Positions 20,593 through 31,485 of a stretch of DNA of 64,000 bases are shown here, in pieces (positions within the stretch are counted from its first letter, which is position 1; each line of letters begins with the position of its first letter). Made by a program: the position numbers and the translations under genes. The notes below the pieces were generated by a model, which saw only the letters and a program-made list of their open reading frames with translations, was not told the origin of the DNA and did not search any database. The stretch comes from Clostridiaceae bacterium (lineage in GTDB: Bacteria > Bacillota > Clostridia > Saccharofermentanales > DTU023). Where the stretch lies: assembly GCA_012518795.1 (NCBI GenBank), contig JAAYRL010000006.1, forward strand, positions 7-64,006. The letters are read 5' to 3'.

Positions 20593-23259
20593 AATCAAAG
20601 TTTTCAAACGAATTTCGGTTTGCTGATATATATTGCGGTAATCTTCCAGTTTTTGTCTTTCTTTAGCAACTACTTGTTCCGGTGCTTTATCAGTAAAATT
20701 TTTATTTGCTAATTTTTTTTCTGCTCTGTTTATTTCAGCTTCATATTTTTCCAATTCACTTTCAAGTCGTTTTTTCTCTTCTGCCAGATCAATCAGATCC
20801 TCTAAAGGCAGATAAGCTGTTCCTGCACTAAACGGCAACGTAATTGCGGTTTCAGGAACATGCGAATTATCGGTTTGAATTGTGACTTCATCAATACCTG
20901 CCAAATTTTCTAAGCTTTGAGCTGCATTATCAAAAATTGAACGTACAGCAGCTGATTCTGAAACAATCAGCAAACCGGATTTGCGATTATGCGGAACATT
21001 CATCTCTGCTCGGATATTTCGCACACCATGAATAACCTCAATTAAGATTTCCATTTGAGCAGCATCCTCTGAGAAAACCAATTTGTCATCAACTTCCGGC
21101 CAAGCTTGATTTATTAGCAAACCGTCTTGATGCAAAAGTGATTTATAGATTTCTTCTGTTACAAAGGGCATGTACGGATGTAAAAGTGCCATGCATTGAC
21201 AAAGCACATAATTAAGAACTGATTGTGCTATTAGTTTTGATTTCTTATCTTCACCTTGTAAGCGCGCTTTGACCATTTCAATATACCAGTCACAGAAATT
21301 GTCCCATAAGAAATTGTAAATTTTAGTTAGAGCAATTCCCAAATCGTATTGCTCCATATTATAAGAAACTTCCTTAATCAAATTTTGTAAATTGCTCAAA
21401 ATCCATTTATCTTCTATTGCCAGGTCAGCTGCCCTATAATCTAAATCCAAATCGACAAAACTGATTTCATTTTCGATATTCAGCATCACAAAACGGAAAG
21501 CATTCCAGAATTTATTTATAAAATTACGTCCGTTCTCAATCCTTTCGGTTTGATAGCGTAAGTCGTTACCTGCTGCAACTCCGGCAACTAAAGCAAAACG
21601 CAGAGCATCTGCACCATATTGATCAATAACTTCAAGCGGATCAATGCCGTTGCCTAAAGATTTCGACATTTTACGTCCCAATTCATCGCGCACAATACCG
21701 TGAATCAAAACATCATGAAATGGAATTTCACCGGTATGTTCAATTCCGGAAAAAATCATGCGCGAAACCCAAAAAGTAATGATATCATAGCCGGTTACTA
21801 AAACATCTGTCGGGTAGAAAAATTCTAAATCTTCGGTTTGCTCCGGCCAGCCTAAAGTTGAAAAAGGCCATAACGCTGAGGAGAACCAAGTATCTAAAGT
21901 ATCCTCATCCTGTCTTAAATTTGAACAACCACAAACATCGCAATGATCAGGAATTTCTCCCGGGTGGCACGGAACTGTAATTTCACCACAGTCTTCACAA
22001 TACCAGGCAGGAATTCGATGCCCCCACCATAATTGACGCGAAATATTCCAATCACGAATATTCTCCATCCAGTGAAAATAGGTTTTATTGAATCGTTCAG
22101 GAACAAATTTTATTTCACCTGATCTTACAGCTTCAATTGCCGGTTTAGCCAATTCTTGCATCGCCACAAACCATTGTTCAGACAATTTCGGTTCAATTAT
22201 TGTATTACAGCGATAACAAGCACCCACAGCATGTTCGATGTTTTCTGTTTTAACTAAAAAACCTTCCGAGATCAGATCTGCCACTATTTTTTCCCGAGCT
22301 TCTTCCCGAGTTAAACCTTGATATTTTCCTCCAAGCTCGTTAATTGTTGCGTCATCATTCAGTACATCAATTACTTCCAGATTATGTCTTAATCCGACTT
22401 CAAAGTCATTCGGATCATGAGCAGGAGTTATTTTCACAACACCGGTTCCGAATTCCGGTTCAACGTAATCATCGGCAATAATCGGAATTTCTCGATTAAC
22501 TAAAGGTAATCTAACCGTTTTACCGACCAAATCCTGATAGCGTTCATCTGCCGGATTAACCGCAACTGCTGTATCACCAAGCATTGTTTCCGGTCTGGTC
22601 GTTGCTAATTCCAAGAAACCACTGTCATCAGTCAAAGGGTAACGCAAATGCCAAAACTGATCTTGACGGTCCTGATGTTCTACTTCAGCATCAGAAATAG
22701 AAGTCATACAGACCGGACACCAGTTAATCATACGATTTCCACGGTAGATCAAACCTTTTTTATATAAATTAATAAAGACAGATTCCACAGCTTTAGATAA
22801 ACCGTCGTCCATTGTAAAACGCAAACGACTCCAGTCACAAGAAGATCCCATACGTTTAATTTGTTCAACAATTTGATTACCGTAACGCTCTTTCCAATTC
22901 CAAGCCCGAATTAAGAACTTTTCACGTCCCAGATCTTCTTTGGCCAAATTTTCTTCACGCATTTCTTCAACAATTTTCATTTCAGTAGCGATTGAAGCAT
23001 GATCTGTTCCGGGTAACCAAAGAACTTCATAACCCTGCATTCGCTTAAATCTGATCAATGTGTCCTGTAAAGTCAGATCTAAAGCATGACCCATATGGAG
23101 AACACCGGTAATATTCGGCGGCGGCATAACAATTGTATAAGGCTTTTTGCCTGATTTCGGATCAGCCGTGAAACACTCCTTCTCCTGCCACAGAGCATAT
23201 ATTTCTGCTTCACGGTCTTGTGGCACAAAATTCTTTTCAATAGCGTCAATTCTCTTCAT
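20584..23259 (-). CDS. valS: Valine--tRNA ligase
   Basis: Class I aaRS motifs (PPNITGVLHMGH and KMSKS) with a C-terminal coiled coil. The track start at 23301 overlaps the upstream gene; ATG at 23259 follows SD GAGGA and lies 10 nt after the upstream stop. Confidence 0.93.
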   Translation of the reverse strand: MKRIDAIEKNFVPQDREAEIYALWQEKECFTADPKSGKKPYTIVMPPPNITGVLHMGHALDLTLQDTLIRFKRMQGYEVLWLPGTDHASIATEMKIVEEMREENLAKEDLGREKFLIRAWNWKERYGNQIVEQIKRMGSSCDWSRLRFTMDDGLSKAVESVFINLYKKGLIYRGNRMINWCPVCMTSISDAEVEHQDRQDQFWHLRYPLTDDSGFLELATTRPETMLGDTAVAVNPADERYQDLVGKTVRLPLVNREIPIIADDYVEPEFGTGVVKITPAHDPNDFEVGLRHNLEVIDVLNDDATINELGGKYQGLTREEAREKIVADLISEGFLVKTENIEHAVGACYRCNTIIEPKLSEQWFVAMQELAKPAIEAVRSGEIKFVPERFNKTYFHWMENIRDWNISRQLWWGHRIPAWYCEDCGEITVPCHPGEIPDHCDVCGCSNLRQDEDTLDTWFSSALWPFSTLGWPEQTEDLEFFYPTDVLVTGYDIITFWVSRMIFSGIEHTGEIPFHDVLIHGIVRDELGRKMSKSLGNGIDPLEVIDQYGADALRFALVAGVAAGNDLRYQTERIENGRNFINKFWNAFRFVMLNIENEISFVDLDLDYRAADLAIEDKWILSNLQNLIKEVSYNMEQYDLGIALTKIYNFLWDNFCDWYIEMVKARLQGEDKKSKLIAQSVLNYVLCQCMALLHPYMPFVTEEIYKSLLHQDGLLINQAWPEVDDKLVFSEDAAQMEILIEVIHGVRNIRAEMNVPHNRKSGLLIVSESAAVRSIFDNAAQSLENLAGIDEVTIQTDNSHVPETAITLPFSAGTAYLPLEDLIDLAEEKKRLESELEKYEAEINRAEKKLANKNFTDKAPEQVVAKERQKLEDYRNIYQQTEIRLKTLIKE

Positions 23260-25345
23260 CAATTTCCTCAACTTCCTTTTCGATAATTTTTCTACCTTCA
23301 CCGAATACAGAATCTATAGTTAAATTACCATCTGCATAATTTGATTGTAAAATAAATTGCAAACGCTTGATTTTACTTAAATCAACCGGCATCTCATCAA
23401 TTATAAAACTAATTTTTTGCCACGCCAAGACATCTTTAATTTGATGCGGAACCGATCTTACAGTATTACCGTCTTCGTCTTCCAACATCAAAAAGATTTT
23501 TTTAACATGATGATCAGAATTAAATACTTCGATTGTCAATCTGCGCCAAAAACTTAAATTTAATGGCGGATAGAGTGAAGCATAATGTAAAATCGGTTCA
23601 AACATTATCGGGTTTTCATCAGCTTTGACATACTCTAAATATAAGGCGGCCAAGCTGCTGCGTTTATTGTTTTTCTCCAAACTCAACCGGCCTTTACCGG
23701 AAGATATCTGCCATAAAGGGAAATAACCCGGCCGATCCTCTTTCACGATTTTCGAATAATTAATATCCTTTTTCGGAACTATCCAACCCGTCAGTTGATC
23801 ACAATACATCCAAATTTGACTTAATGAATTTTCCGGATAATCTCTTTCCAGACGGAAAGGAACAATCGGCATACCGTCACCGCCTAATAAATTGGCAGCT
23901 TGATTAAAGTTGGAAAAAGCATATGAACAAGACTTCGGTTTTTTGATTTCAGGATGCCAGACTAAAGTCCGAATTCCAAATAATATGTTGGCTTGAGCCG
24001 GCAGATAATTTGAAGTTTCACCACAAATATTGAAACCTTTTAAAGTTAAATCTCCTTCCGGTAATTTCAGACCTTGACCCACATTGGCAAAACTCAGAAT
24101 TAACTTGTCAGAAATCCATTCAGCATACTTGATTTCCGGAGCTGAAGTCGGCATATCAGCGTGATAGACCAAACCTTTGGCAATTGCACACATCCGCTCG
24201 CCGATTTGAGCTTTAGCTATCGGATTTAACGGTCTGGCGTAAAGATGGTCGCCCTCGGTATTATAATCTAAAGGCAAATCATATAATGTAATCATACCGG
24301 CCGGAGTTTTTAACTGACGTCTGGCTATCGTTAAAGTTTCATTAAAACAGGCTAAAATTTTGTCATCTGTTGAGCTGTGATAATATGGTGCCAATTGACT
24401 GTATACCATACATGGACCGCGTTTAAAGCTATTAAAATCTCGACATAATATTATTGAAAATTCTTTAAATGCTTCCAAATAATAATCCGGATAATGAACA
24501 TCCGATTCGCCATGCGAGAATATTACACCACGAATTGATAAACCGATAAACGGAGCAATTTTATGATTGTACATTACTGACGGTTGGTTTTTTCGACTAA
24601 ATGATGCGGATTCAGGAGATAAATCATTCCAATTTGATTTGTCTCGATAATAATCTAAATCCACCACATGTTGTTTAAGATGCGGTTTGGTTTCTATAAT
24701 TTCTCTGGGTAACCAGCTATGAATCATTGTATCTGCAGCTGCTAAATCATAAATTGCAATCGGTATATTCAGACTTTCCTGCAATCTGGCAGCAAAAACC
24801 AACGCTGTTGCAGACACATCCGAGAGATTGTCCAAGTCCGGGATCAACCATTGCCCTTTTACAATACGAGCCGTCGGTTTAAATAAAAACAACTCTTCAT
24901 CATCTGCCAAACCATATTCAGCCATTGTAAATATTCGTATTTTTTGTTGTTTGGAAATTTGAGGAATCAGATTTTTAACATCAGTATAACGAGCAGGCAT
25001 TGACATATTTGACTCACCCAGAGCTAACCAGACTTCACCGAAATAAATATTATCGATGATGCATCGTATATTTTCTACAGTTAAAGACAAGCGATAAGAA
25101 TCATAAGAAGCTTCCAAGACAGGCAATTTGAAGCCGAATAAACCACGTGCATCAGATTCTTCCGTGCTCTGAAATTCAATACCGTATTCTTTGTTTTTCG
25201 CAGAATCAATTCCCGGATATCTCTCCAACAAAATCTCAATTCTCGCATTGGGTTTCGTTTGTCCGAAAATTTGGTTCGTCACTCCCTGCTGCAAAATCAT
25301 ATTGTCTTTAAAATACCCCGGGAGCCTAATACTGATATCTGACAA
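23246..25345 (-). CDS. Sialate O-acetylesterase-like (DUF303, SGNH-type) protein with extra C-terminal region
   Basis: N-terminal FKDNMILQQ, then GEVWLALGESNM (cf. the GQSNM nucleophile motif) and SHGESD (cf. QGESN). About 250 C-terminal residues have no motif I recognise. Confidence 0.6.
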   Translation of the reverse strand: MSDISIRLPGYFKDNMILQQGVTNQIFGQTKPNARIEILLERYPGIDSAKNKEYGIEFQSTEESDARGLFGFKLPVLEASYDSYRLSLTVENIRCIIDNIYFGEVWLALGESNMSMPARYTDVKNLIPQISKQQKIRIFTMAEYGLADDEELFLFKPTARIVKGQWLIPDLDNLSDVSATALVFAARLQESLNIPIAIYDLAAADTMIHSWLPREIIETKPHLKQHVVDLDYYRDKSNWNDLSPESASFSRKNQPSVMYNHKIAPFIGLSIRGVIFSHGESDVHYPDYYLEAFKEFSIILCRDFNSFKRGPCMVYSQLAPYYHSSTDDKILACFNETLTIARRQLKTPAGMITLYDLPLDYNTEGDHLYARPLNPIAKAQIGERMCAIAKGLVYHADMPTSAPEIKYAEWISDKLILSFANVGQGLKLPEGDLTLKGFNICGETSNYLPAQANILFGIRTLVWHPEIKKPKSCSYAFSNFNQAANLLGGDGMPIVPFRLERDYPENSLSQIWMYCDQLTGWIVPKKDINYSKIVKEDRPGYFPLWQISSGKGRLSLEKNNKRSSLAALYLEYVKADENPIMFEPILHYASLYPPLNLSFWRRLTIEVFNSDHHVKKIFLMLEDEDGNTVRSVPHQIKDVLAWQKISFIIDEMPVDLSKIKRLQFILQSNYADGNLTIDSVFGEGRKIIEKEVEEIDEEN

Positions 25346-25359
25346 TTCAATCCTCCATG

Positions 25360-26037
25360 TTAATTATCGTTTTTTAAGAAAACCTGATCTCGGATAATTA
25401 TAGCATCTAGTGCATTAATTTTCGTAATTTCTTCCGCTTCATATAAAGCTTTCAACAGCATATCAGGTCGTAAATTTGCAATACTTCCCGCTTTGCACAA
25501 AAGTTTGATTTGATTTGAAGCAACAATTTGTAAATCAATGATCAATTCACGTAAATCATATCGGCGTTTTTTACCTTTGCGTATCCTTTCCACAACCAAA
25601 TCATCATCATTGGATAAGATTACTTTTTCGGTTGCGGCACCCAGATTATCAGCGAGAATTGTATATGCAGCAGCTTCAACCAAACTCATCAGATTCTTTT
25701 CCGGATGTTCGAGATATACTGCCTCTTCTATCTGCAAACCCTGCGGTAATTTCATATTTAATCGTTGCATGATCGATCCGGCAGGTATTTTTTCAATTAA
25801 TTCCAAATCAAGCGGATCTGCTCTGGTCTCAATTCCAACTCCTACCGGTAAACCAAATTCCATAATCGGTCTCGGATTGAAGCCCTCTGTATATGCCGAC
25901 GGTAAATTTGCACGTCTGCAACTATATTGAAATGTGCGCATTAAATCAAGGTGTCCGATCCAAGTCGGTACTCCCGTACGAGAATATTTTAAACGATAGC
26001 GATAATTTGTTTTCTGTTTACTTATCATGGCTAACAC
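25360..26037 (-). CDS. DUF2344 / TIGR03936-type protein (radical-SAM-associated)
   Basis: 225 aa overlapping the upstream radical SAM gene by 20 nt. This pairing (often a fusion) is the usual context of the family as I recall it. Confidence 0.6.
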   Translation of the reverse strand: MLAMISKQKTNYRYRLKYSRTGVPTWIGHLDLMRTFQYSCRRANLPSAYTEGFNPRPIMEFGLPVGVGIETRADPLDLELIEKIPAGSIMQRLNMKLPQGLQIEEAVYLEHPEKNLMSLVEAAAYTILADNLGAATEKVILSNDDDLVVERIRKGKKRRYDLRELIIDLQIVASNQIKLLCKAGSIANLRPDMLLKALYEAEEITKINALDAIIIRDQVFLKNDN

Positions 26038-27904
26038 ATAATCCCGTATTAAATTGTAAGACGCCGCAATTATGACATTGTTTACGACATTCTGCTGTCA
26101 ATTCTCCTGTTTCAGCTTTCAAATATTCCGACCATAAAAATTCTTTACTTACTCCGGGGCTGATATGGTCCCAAGGGAAAATTTCATCACTCGATCTCTG
26201 TCTTGAAGTATAAAAATCAATCGATAAGCCATACTTCCTCATCGCATTTTTCCAACGTTCATAATCAAAAAAATCATTCCAAGATTCCAGCCAACCGCCA
26301 TTTCGCCATACTTCTTCAATTACTTTGCCAATTTTACGATCGCCCCTGGCTATGATACCTTGAGCCACACTCAAGTCCGGCTCATGCCATTGATAATTGA
26401 TCACACGTAATCGCAGATTCTCTATTAAAATTTTTCTTTTTTCCAACATTTGAACCTGATCAATCTGGCTACACCATTGAAACGGAGTCCAAGCTTTCGG
26501 GATAAAGAAAGAGGTGCTGATAGTCAGCTGAGGTTTACGGTTTTTCTGTTCAGACGGTAAGTCATAATATACCTGTAAGACTTTTTTTGCCAATTCCGGA
26601 ATACTATATACATCATCCGCATTTTCAAAAGGTAAGCCCAGCATAAAATAGAATTTTAGTCGATTCCATCCACCGCTGAAAGCTATTCGGGCTGCTTCCA
26701 ATAAATCCGATTCGCAAATATCTTTATTAATGATGTCACGTAATCTCTGACTACCTGCTTCAGGTGCAAACGTCAACCCTGACTTTCTGGTTTTGCCTGC
26801 TTTGGCCATCAAATCAAAACTGAAAGAATCTAAACGTAATGAAGGTAAAGACAAGCTAATATTCCGTTCAGCACAATAATCTAAAAGCCGATTACCTAAT
26901 TGTTCCAATTCAGAATAATCACCGGTTGATAAAGAGAGTAAACCCAGTTCATCATAACCGGTTGATTCTATTAAATGCTTTGCTTGTTCAACTAACAGAT
27001 CAACTGTTCTTTCTCTGACCGGACGATAAACCATCCCGGCCTGACAAAAGCGGCAACCGCGTGGACAACCACGAAATAATTCTAAATATGCCCGATCATG
27101 GACAATCTGAGTATTCGGCACAATCGGTTCAGTTGGGAAAAAAATATGATCAATGTCTTTAATTACCCGTTTTTTAATTATAGTCGGCACAGCCTGATGT
27201 AACTTGTTAATTTGTTTAAACTTACCATCCGGAAAATATTCAGGTTCATAGAAACATGGTACATAAATGCCTTCAAGTTCAGTGCAACGCAATAAAAATG
27301 ATTCTCTGCTTTCATATTTTCTATCCCAAGTTTTGTAAAGATCGATTAATTCGCCTAAAAGTTCTTCGCCGTCACCAATCATAAACAAATCAATATAATC
27401 AGCTAGAGGTTCCGGATTATAGACAATCGGTCCACCTGCCACAATCAGCGGATCACTGTTGCTGCGCACAGAATTATATATTGGAATATTTCCCAGATCC
27501 AGCATGTCTAAGATTGTGGGAAAACTCATCTCATATTGCAAGGTAAATCCAACGATATCGAATTGATTCAAAGGTGTCTTGGACTCTAGGGCAACAAGTG
27601 GAATATCCAACTGTTGCATAAATTGACGCATATCGCCCGCCGGTGAAAAAATCCGTTCACACCAAGTGTCAGCTCTGCTGTTCAACAAGTTATAAATAAT
27701 CCGCAAAGCCATATTAGACATTCCGATTTCATAAATATCCGGGAAGCAAAAACCAAAACGGATCACAGGCATATTTACATGCCTATGATCCATAAGTTCG
27801 CTTTTATCTATCATATTCCATTCATGTCCTAAGTATTGTGCCGGTTTTTCTACCTGTCTTAAAACATGAGTCGGATAAAAAAGATCCTGTGATTTATTCA
27901 GCAT
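26018..27904 (-). CDS. B12-binding-domain radical SAM protein (TIGR03960-like)
   Basis: 628 aa with the CxxxCxxC cluster in FRGCPRGCRFCQAG. Function is unknown for this family. Confidence 0.7.
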   Translation of the reverse strand: MLNKSQDLFYPTHVLRQVEKPAQYLGHEWNMIDKSELMDHRHVNMPVIRFGFCFPDIYEIGMSNMALRIIYNLLNSRADTWCERIFSPAGDMRQFMQQLDIPLVALESKTPLNQFDIVGFTLQYEMSFPTILDMLDLGNIPIYNSVRSNSDPLIVAGGPIVYNPEPLADYIDLFMIGDGEELLGELIDLYKTWDRKYESRESFLLRCTELEGIYVPCFYEPEYFPDGKFKQINKLHQAVPTIIKKRVIKDIDHIFFPTEPIVPNTQIVHDRAYLELFRGCPRGCRFCQAGMVYRPVRERTVDLLVEQAKHLIESTGYDELGLLSLSTGDYSELEQLGNRLLDYCAERNISLSLPSLRLDSFSFDLMAKAGKTRKSGLTFAPEAGSQRLRDIINKDICESDLLEAARIAFSGGWNRLKFYFMLGLPFENADDVYSIPELAKKVLQVYYDLPSEQKNRKPQLTISTSFFIPKAWTPFQWCSQIDQVQMLEKRKILIENLRLRVINYQWHEPDLSVAQGIIARGDRKIGKVIEEVWRNGGWLESWNDFFDYERWKNAMRKYGLSIDFYTSRQRSSDEIFPWDHISPGVSKEFLWSEYLKAETGELTAECRKQCHNCGVLQFNTGLCVSHDK

Positions 27905-29223
27905 TAGAGTCTTTGTTCTAATTCCTTAGTTAATTCTTCATAACCCGGTTTGCCCAACAAAGCAAACATATTGCGTTTATAAGCTTCAACTCCCGGTTGA
28001 TCGAAAGGATTAACTCCTAAAACATAACCACTGATACCACATCCGAATTCAAAGAAATAAATTAAAGCACCTAGGTGTTTTGCATCAAGACGATCCAATT
28101 CCAAACGAATGGTCGGCGTGCCGCCGTCTTCATGTGCCAACATGACACCTCTTAAAGCGGTTCGATTAACTTCCTGCAAACTCTTACCGGTCAAATAATT
28201 CAATTCATCCAGATTCTGTTCATCACTCGGAATATGAATTTCTTTTCTGGTTTTCTTGAAATCCAAAACGGTTTCAAATAAATTGCGCTTACCATCTTGT
28301 ATAAATTGCCCCATTGAGTGCAAATCCGAAGTGAAGTTAACTCCGGCAGGGAATAAACCTTTGCCGTCCTTACCTTCACTCTCACCATAAAGCTGTTTCC
28401 ACCATTCAGTAAAGAACATTAAACCGGGTTCATAATTGACTAAAATTTCTGTATCATAACCTCGGCGCAACAAAATATTTCTCCAACCGGCATAACGAAG
28501 AACAACATTCTCTTCTAAATCAAAGTTCAAAGCCAATTCTCTTTGTTCAGCAGCACCTTGCATCAATTCTTTAATTGAAATTCCGGCAGCAGCAATTGGT
28601 AACAATCCGACAGCAGTTAAGACCGAATAGCGACCACCTATATCATCAGGTACAACAAATGTTTCATAACCGACTTGATTTGCCAATTCTTTGAGAGCAC
28701 CACGAGCTTTATCAGTAGTAATAAAAATTCGCTCAGTACTCATTTCGCCATATTTTTTCTCCATGAATTCGCGCAAAATTCTGAAAGCAATAGCAGGTTC
28801 AGTTGTAGTACCTGATTTTGATATTACATTTAAGGAGACATCTTTATCCTCAAGATAATCCAATAACTCTGCTAAATAATCACCACTTATTTGATGACCG
28901 GCAAAGATAATTTCCAGATCATCCGGTTTTGAGAATGCAGGATTTAGTGCTTCTATTACTGCACGTGCACCTAAATATGATCCGCCGATGCCAACAACTA
29001 ATAAGACATCACTTTGTGAGCGAATCCGTTCCGCCGCATAAAGAATACGGTCAAATTCTTCTTTGTCATAATTAATCGGTAAATCGACCCAACCTAAAAA
29101 GTCATTACCCGGTCCCGTTTTCTCTGTGACATTGTCAAAAGCTAACGCCAACTGTGTTGCCAAATACTCTAATTCATGCTCCTGTACAAAAGGTTTAAGG
29201 TGATTTTCACATATACGAATCAT
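27904..29223 (-). CDS. pgi: Glucose-6-phosphate isomerase
   Basis: 439 aa short Firmicute-type PGI ([37 protein letters not shown]). Confidence 0.93.
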   Translation of the reverse strand: MIRICENHLKPFVQEHELEYLATQLALAFDNVTEKTGPGNDFLGWVDLPINYDKEEFDRILYAAERIRSQSDVLLVVGIGGSYLGARAVIEALNPAFSKPDDLEIIFAGHQISGDYLAELLDYLEDKDVSLNVISKSGTTTEPAIAFRILREFMEKKYGEMSTERIFITTDKARGALKELANQVGYETFVVPDDIGGRYSVLTAVGLLPIAAAGISIKELMQGAAEQRELALNFDLEENVVLRYAGWRNILLRRGYDTEILVNYEPGLMFFTEWWKQLYGESEGKDGKGLFPAGVNFTSDLHSMGQFIQDGKRNLFETVLDFKKTRKEIHIPSDEQNLDELNYLTGKSLQEVNRTALRGVMLAHEDGGTPTIRLELDRLDAKHLGALIYFFEFGCGISGYVLGVNPFDQPGVEAYKRNMFALLGKPGYEELTKELEQRL

Positions 29224-29298
29224 ATGATACCTCCATTTCAGATTATGATCTTTATATAAGAATTTATCTTAAATATCTATATATTATAAGCCAGACTG

Positions 29299-31107
29299 CT
29301 ACAGAATATCAATTATTTGATATTCTTCAATAACCTTAACCGGACCTTGACCTAATCGCAAAGCACAAACGTATAAAGATGACAATTTGCCTTCTTGCTC
29401 GATTTGTTCAGTTAAATAATCCATTACTCTGATTGGACTCGGCTGGACTGCTCCTACACCTGAAAATTCCAGATTCTGATTCAAACAAAAACCCGGTAAT
29501 TTTTTTATACTGAAATGAAAACTCTCGAATCTAGCCCTGTTTTTATGCCCTGCCTCACGATATAATACTGTCGCTTTTTCAGTAGCAGCTTTTAAAATCG
29601 TCTGATCAATTTGCTGTTTATCGGTAAACCAATCCGGATAACCTTTTAAGCCTTGTAAAAAATAATCTAATTTCAGCAAATCGGCAAACAGAATTTGGTG
29701 GTGAGTAAGTGCTTCAAATGAACTGATATTTCTTAAAAAATCCATGCCGAATCGGTAAAATAATTCGATTTGAGTTGGTCTGGCTAAAGCACCTCGTTCA
29801 AGTTCCGGTTTCAACCAATCATATAACTCCATAATCACCGTAAATGGCTGCTCAGTTAGAAGCATCAAATAGTTAATGCTATAAAAATAATGTCCGCTGT
29901 TGTAATAGATATTTAAAATGTTCTCTACATTACGTAAGTACATCAAATCATCTGCACTCATTTGATCTGACTGCAAAATTTCATAAGGTGGCTGAGTTTG
30001 ATAAATCATCCCTCTTTGATCACAATCAATTTTCATTCTTGTATCAGGTAATACTTTTAAAAAACCCATTTGCAACATATTCGGGTGCAAAAGCAATAAA
30101 TCATTTGCAGATTTTATTTGAGATTCCAGGCTTTCACCAGGCAAACCGGCAATTAAGTCCAAATGCAAATGAATGTTTTCCATGCTACGTAATTGCCGCA
30201 CAATATTATTATAGTGTTCAGCCCGATAAGGTCTGCGAATTATTTGCAAAACTTCGGGATTTGTTGTTTGTGCACCAATTTCAAATTGAAACAGACCCGG
30301 CTTGAGTTTGGATAATAAGGTTAATTGCTCCTCAGTTATTAATTCAGCGGCTATTTCAAAATGGAAATTTGTTCTGGTCTTTAATTGATCGGTTTGGCGC
30401 ATTAAAAATTGCCAAATTGCATACGCTCTCTGTGGATCGGAATTAAAAGTCCGATCAATAAATTTCAGCTGTCGAGGATTGAATTGCATAATCCATTCAA
30501 GTTCCGAAAAAACTTCAGATAGAGGTTTATGACGCACTTTATAGGTATTGCTTGATAAACAATAGGTGCAATTATAGGCACAACCTCGACTACCTTCATA
30601 ATACAAAATCCGCTCATTTAACTGCTGCATTTCACTAGCCGTATACGGAAACTTCCAACTTATTTCTTCACTGGTACCAATTAATCTCTCAGTAGCAAAT
30701 TTCTCATAGCTTAAATAACGTAAAATCCATTCAACCGTTGCCGAATCACCTTCAGTCTGAATTAAGCCATCAAGCCAGGGATGGTCAGCCAACATTGATC
30801 GGGCTTGAGATGAAACATCCGGACCGCCCCATATTATTGCAGCTTCCGGTCTGATTTGTTTAAGATGAAATGATAAGGATTCAACTAAAGAACGATTCCA
30901 AATATAGCAAGAAAAAGCATATATATCTGCTTGCATTTTAAGCAATTCGTCAAATAAATTAAACCATTGATCATTAATTGTTTTTTCAAAAAAAACAATT
31001 TCCAGATCAGCAATCATTAAATCAACCAATTTTTCTCTGATATATCTCAAAGCTAAATTGGTATGACTATAACTTGAATTGAGAGCAATTAAAGCAACTT
31101 TAGACAT
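29299..31107 (-). CDS. B12-binding radical SAM protein with DUF4080-like C-terminus
   Basis: 602 aa with YEGSRGCAYNCTYC (CxxxCxxC), an N-terminal B12-like domain, and a long C-terminal region. Confidence 0.65.
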   Translation of the reverse strand: MSKVALIALNSSYSHTNLALRYIREKLVDLMIADLEIVFFEKTINDQWFNLFDELLKMQADIYAFSCYIWNRSLVESLSFHLKQIRPEAAIIWGGPDVSSQARSMLADHPWLDGLIQTEGDSATVEWILRYLSYEKFATERLIGTSEEISWKFPYTASEMQQLNERILYYEGSRGCAYNCTYCLSSNTYKVRHKPLSEVFSELEWIMQFNPRQLKFIDRTFNSDPQRAYAIWQFLMRQTDQLKTRTNFHFEIAAELITEEQLTLLSKLKPGLFQFEIGAQTTNPEVLQIIRRPYRAEHYNNIVRQLRSMENIHLHLDLIAGLPGESLESQIKSANDLLLLHPNMLQMGFLKVLPDTRMKIDCDQRGMIYQTQPPYEILQSDQMSADDLMYLRNVENILNIYYNSGHYFYSINYLMLLTEQPFTVIMELYDWLKPELERGALARPTQIELFYRFGMDFLRNISSFEALTHHQILFADLLKLDYFLQGLKGYPDWFTDKQQIDQTILKAATEKATVLYREAGHKNRARFESFHFSIKKLPGFCLNQNLEFSGVGAVQPSPIRVMDYLTEQIEQEGKLSSLYVCALRLGQGPVKVIEEYQIIDIL

Positions 31108-31108
31108 T

Positions 31109-31483
31109 TTAAATCATTGATTTAGGTTTAACTCTTGAAACCAGAGGTTTTATTTTACACGTATTATGCTGACTCGAAATAACAACAACTGCTGTTCCTT
31201 CTTCAATTTCAACATCAGAAACAGCTTCCGAAAAACGCACACCATCTTCAGTTTCACAAACAATATATCCTGCTTTATCAGGACGAACATATTGAAAAAC
31301 ATGACAAACTTGACCTTCAACAATATCATTGCTTTCTTGATTAAGTTGATTGTTTTTTTTGCGAAAAAAACTAAATACTAATCGTAACACAAAGTAAAGA
31401 ATCAAAAGAGTTATTGTAATAAAGGTCAGACTTTTGATCAAGTCTACAGTTTTATCAAATTGGCTGCTTGCTAATATCCTCAT
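31109..31483 (-). CDS. NfeD-like small membrane protein
   Basis: 124 aa with one TM helix followed by a C-terminal beta-rich (OB-like) segment. Its start lies 2 nt after the upstream stop. Confidence 0.5.
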   Translation of the reverse strand: MRILASSQFDKTVDLIKSLTFITITLLILYFVLRLVFSFFRKKNNQLNQESNDIVEGQVCHVFQYVRPDKAGYIVCETEDGVRFSEAVSDVEIEEGTAVVVISSQHNTCKIKPLVSRVKPKSMI

Positions 31484-31485
31484 TA

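Noticed and set aside
23246-23301. 56-nt overlap between valS and the esterase-like gene
   Set aside because: It is an artefact of the longest-ORF call. ATG at 23259 has a proper SD and matches typical ValRS N-termini, which removes the overlap.
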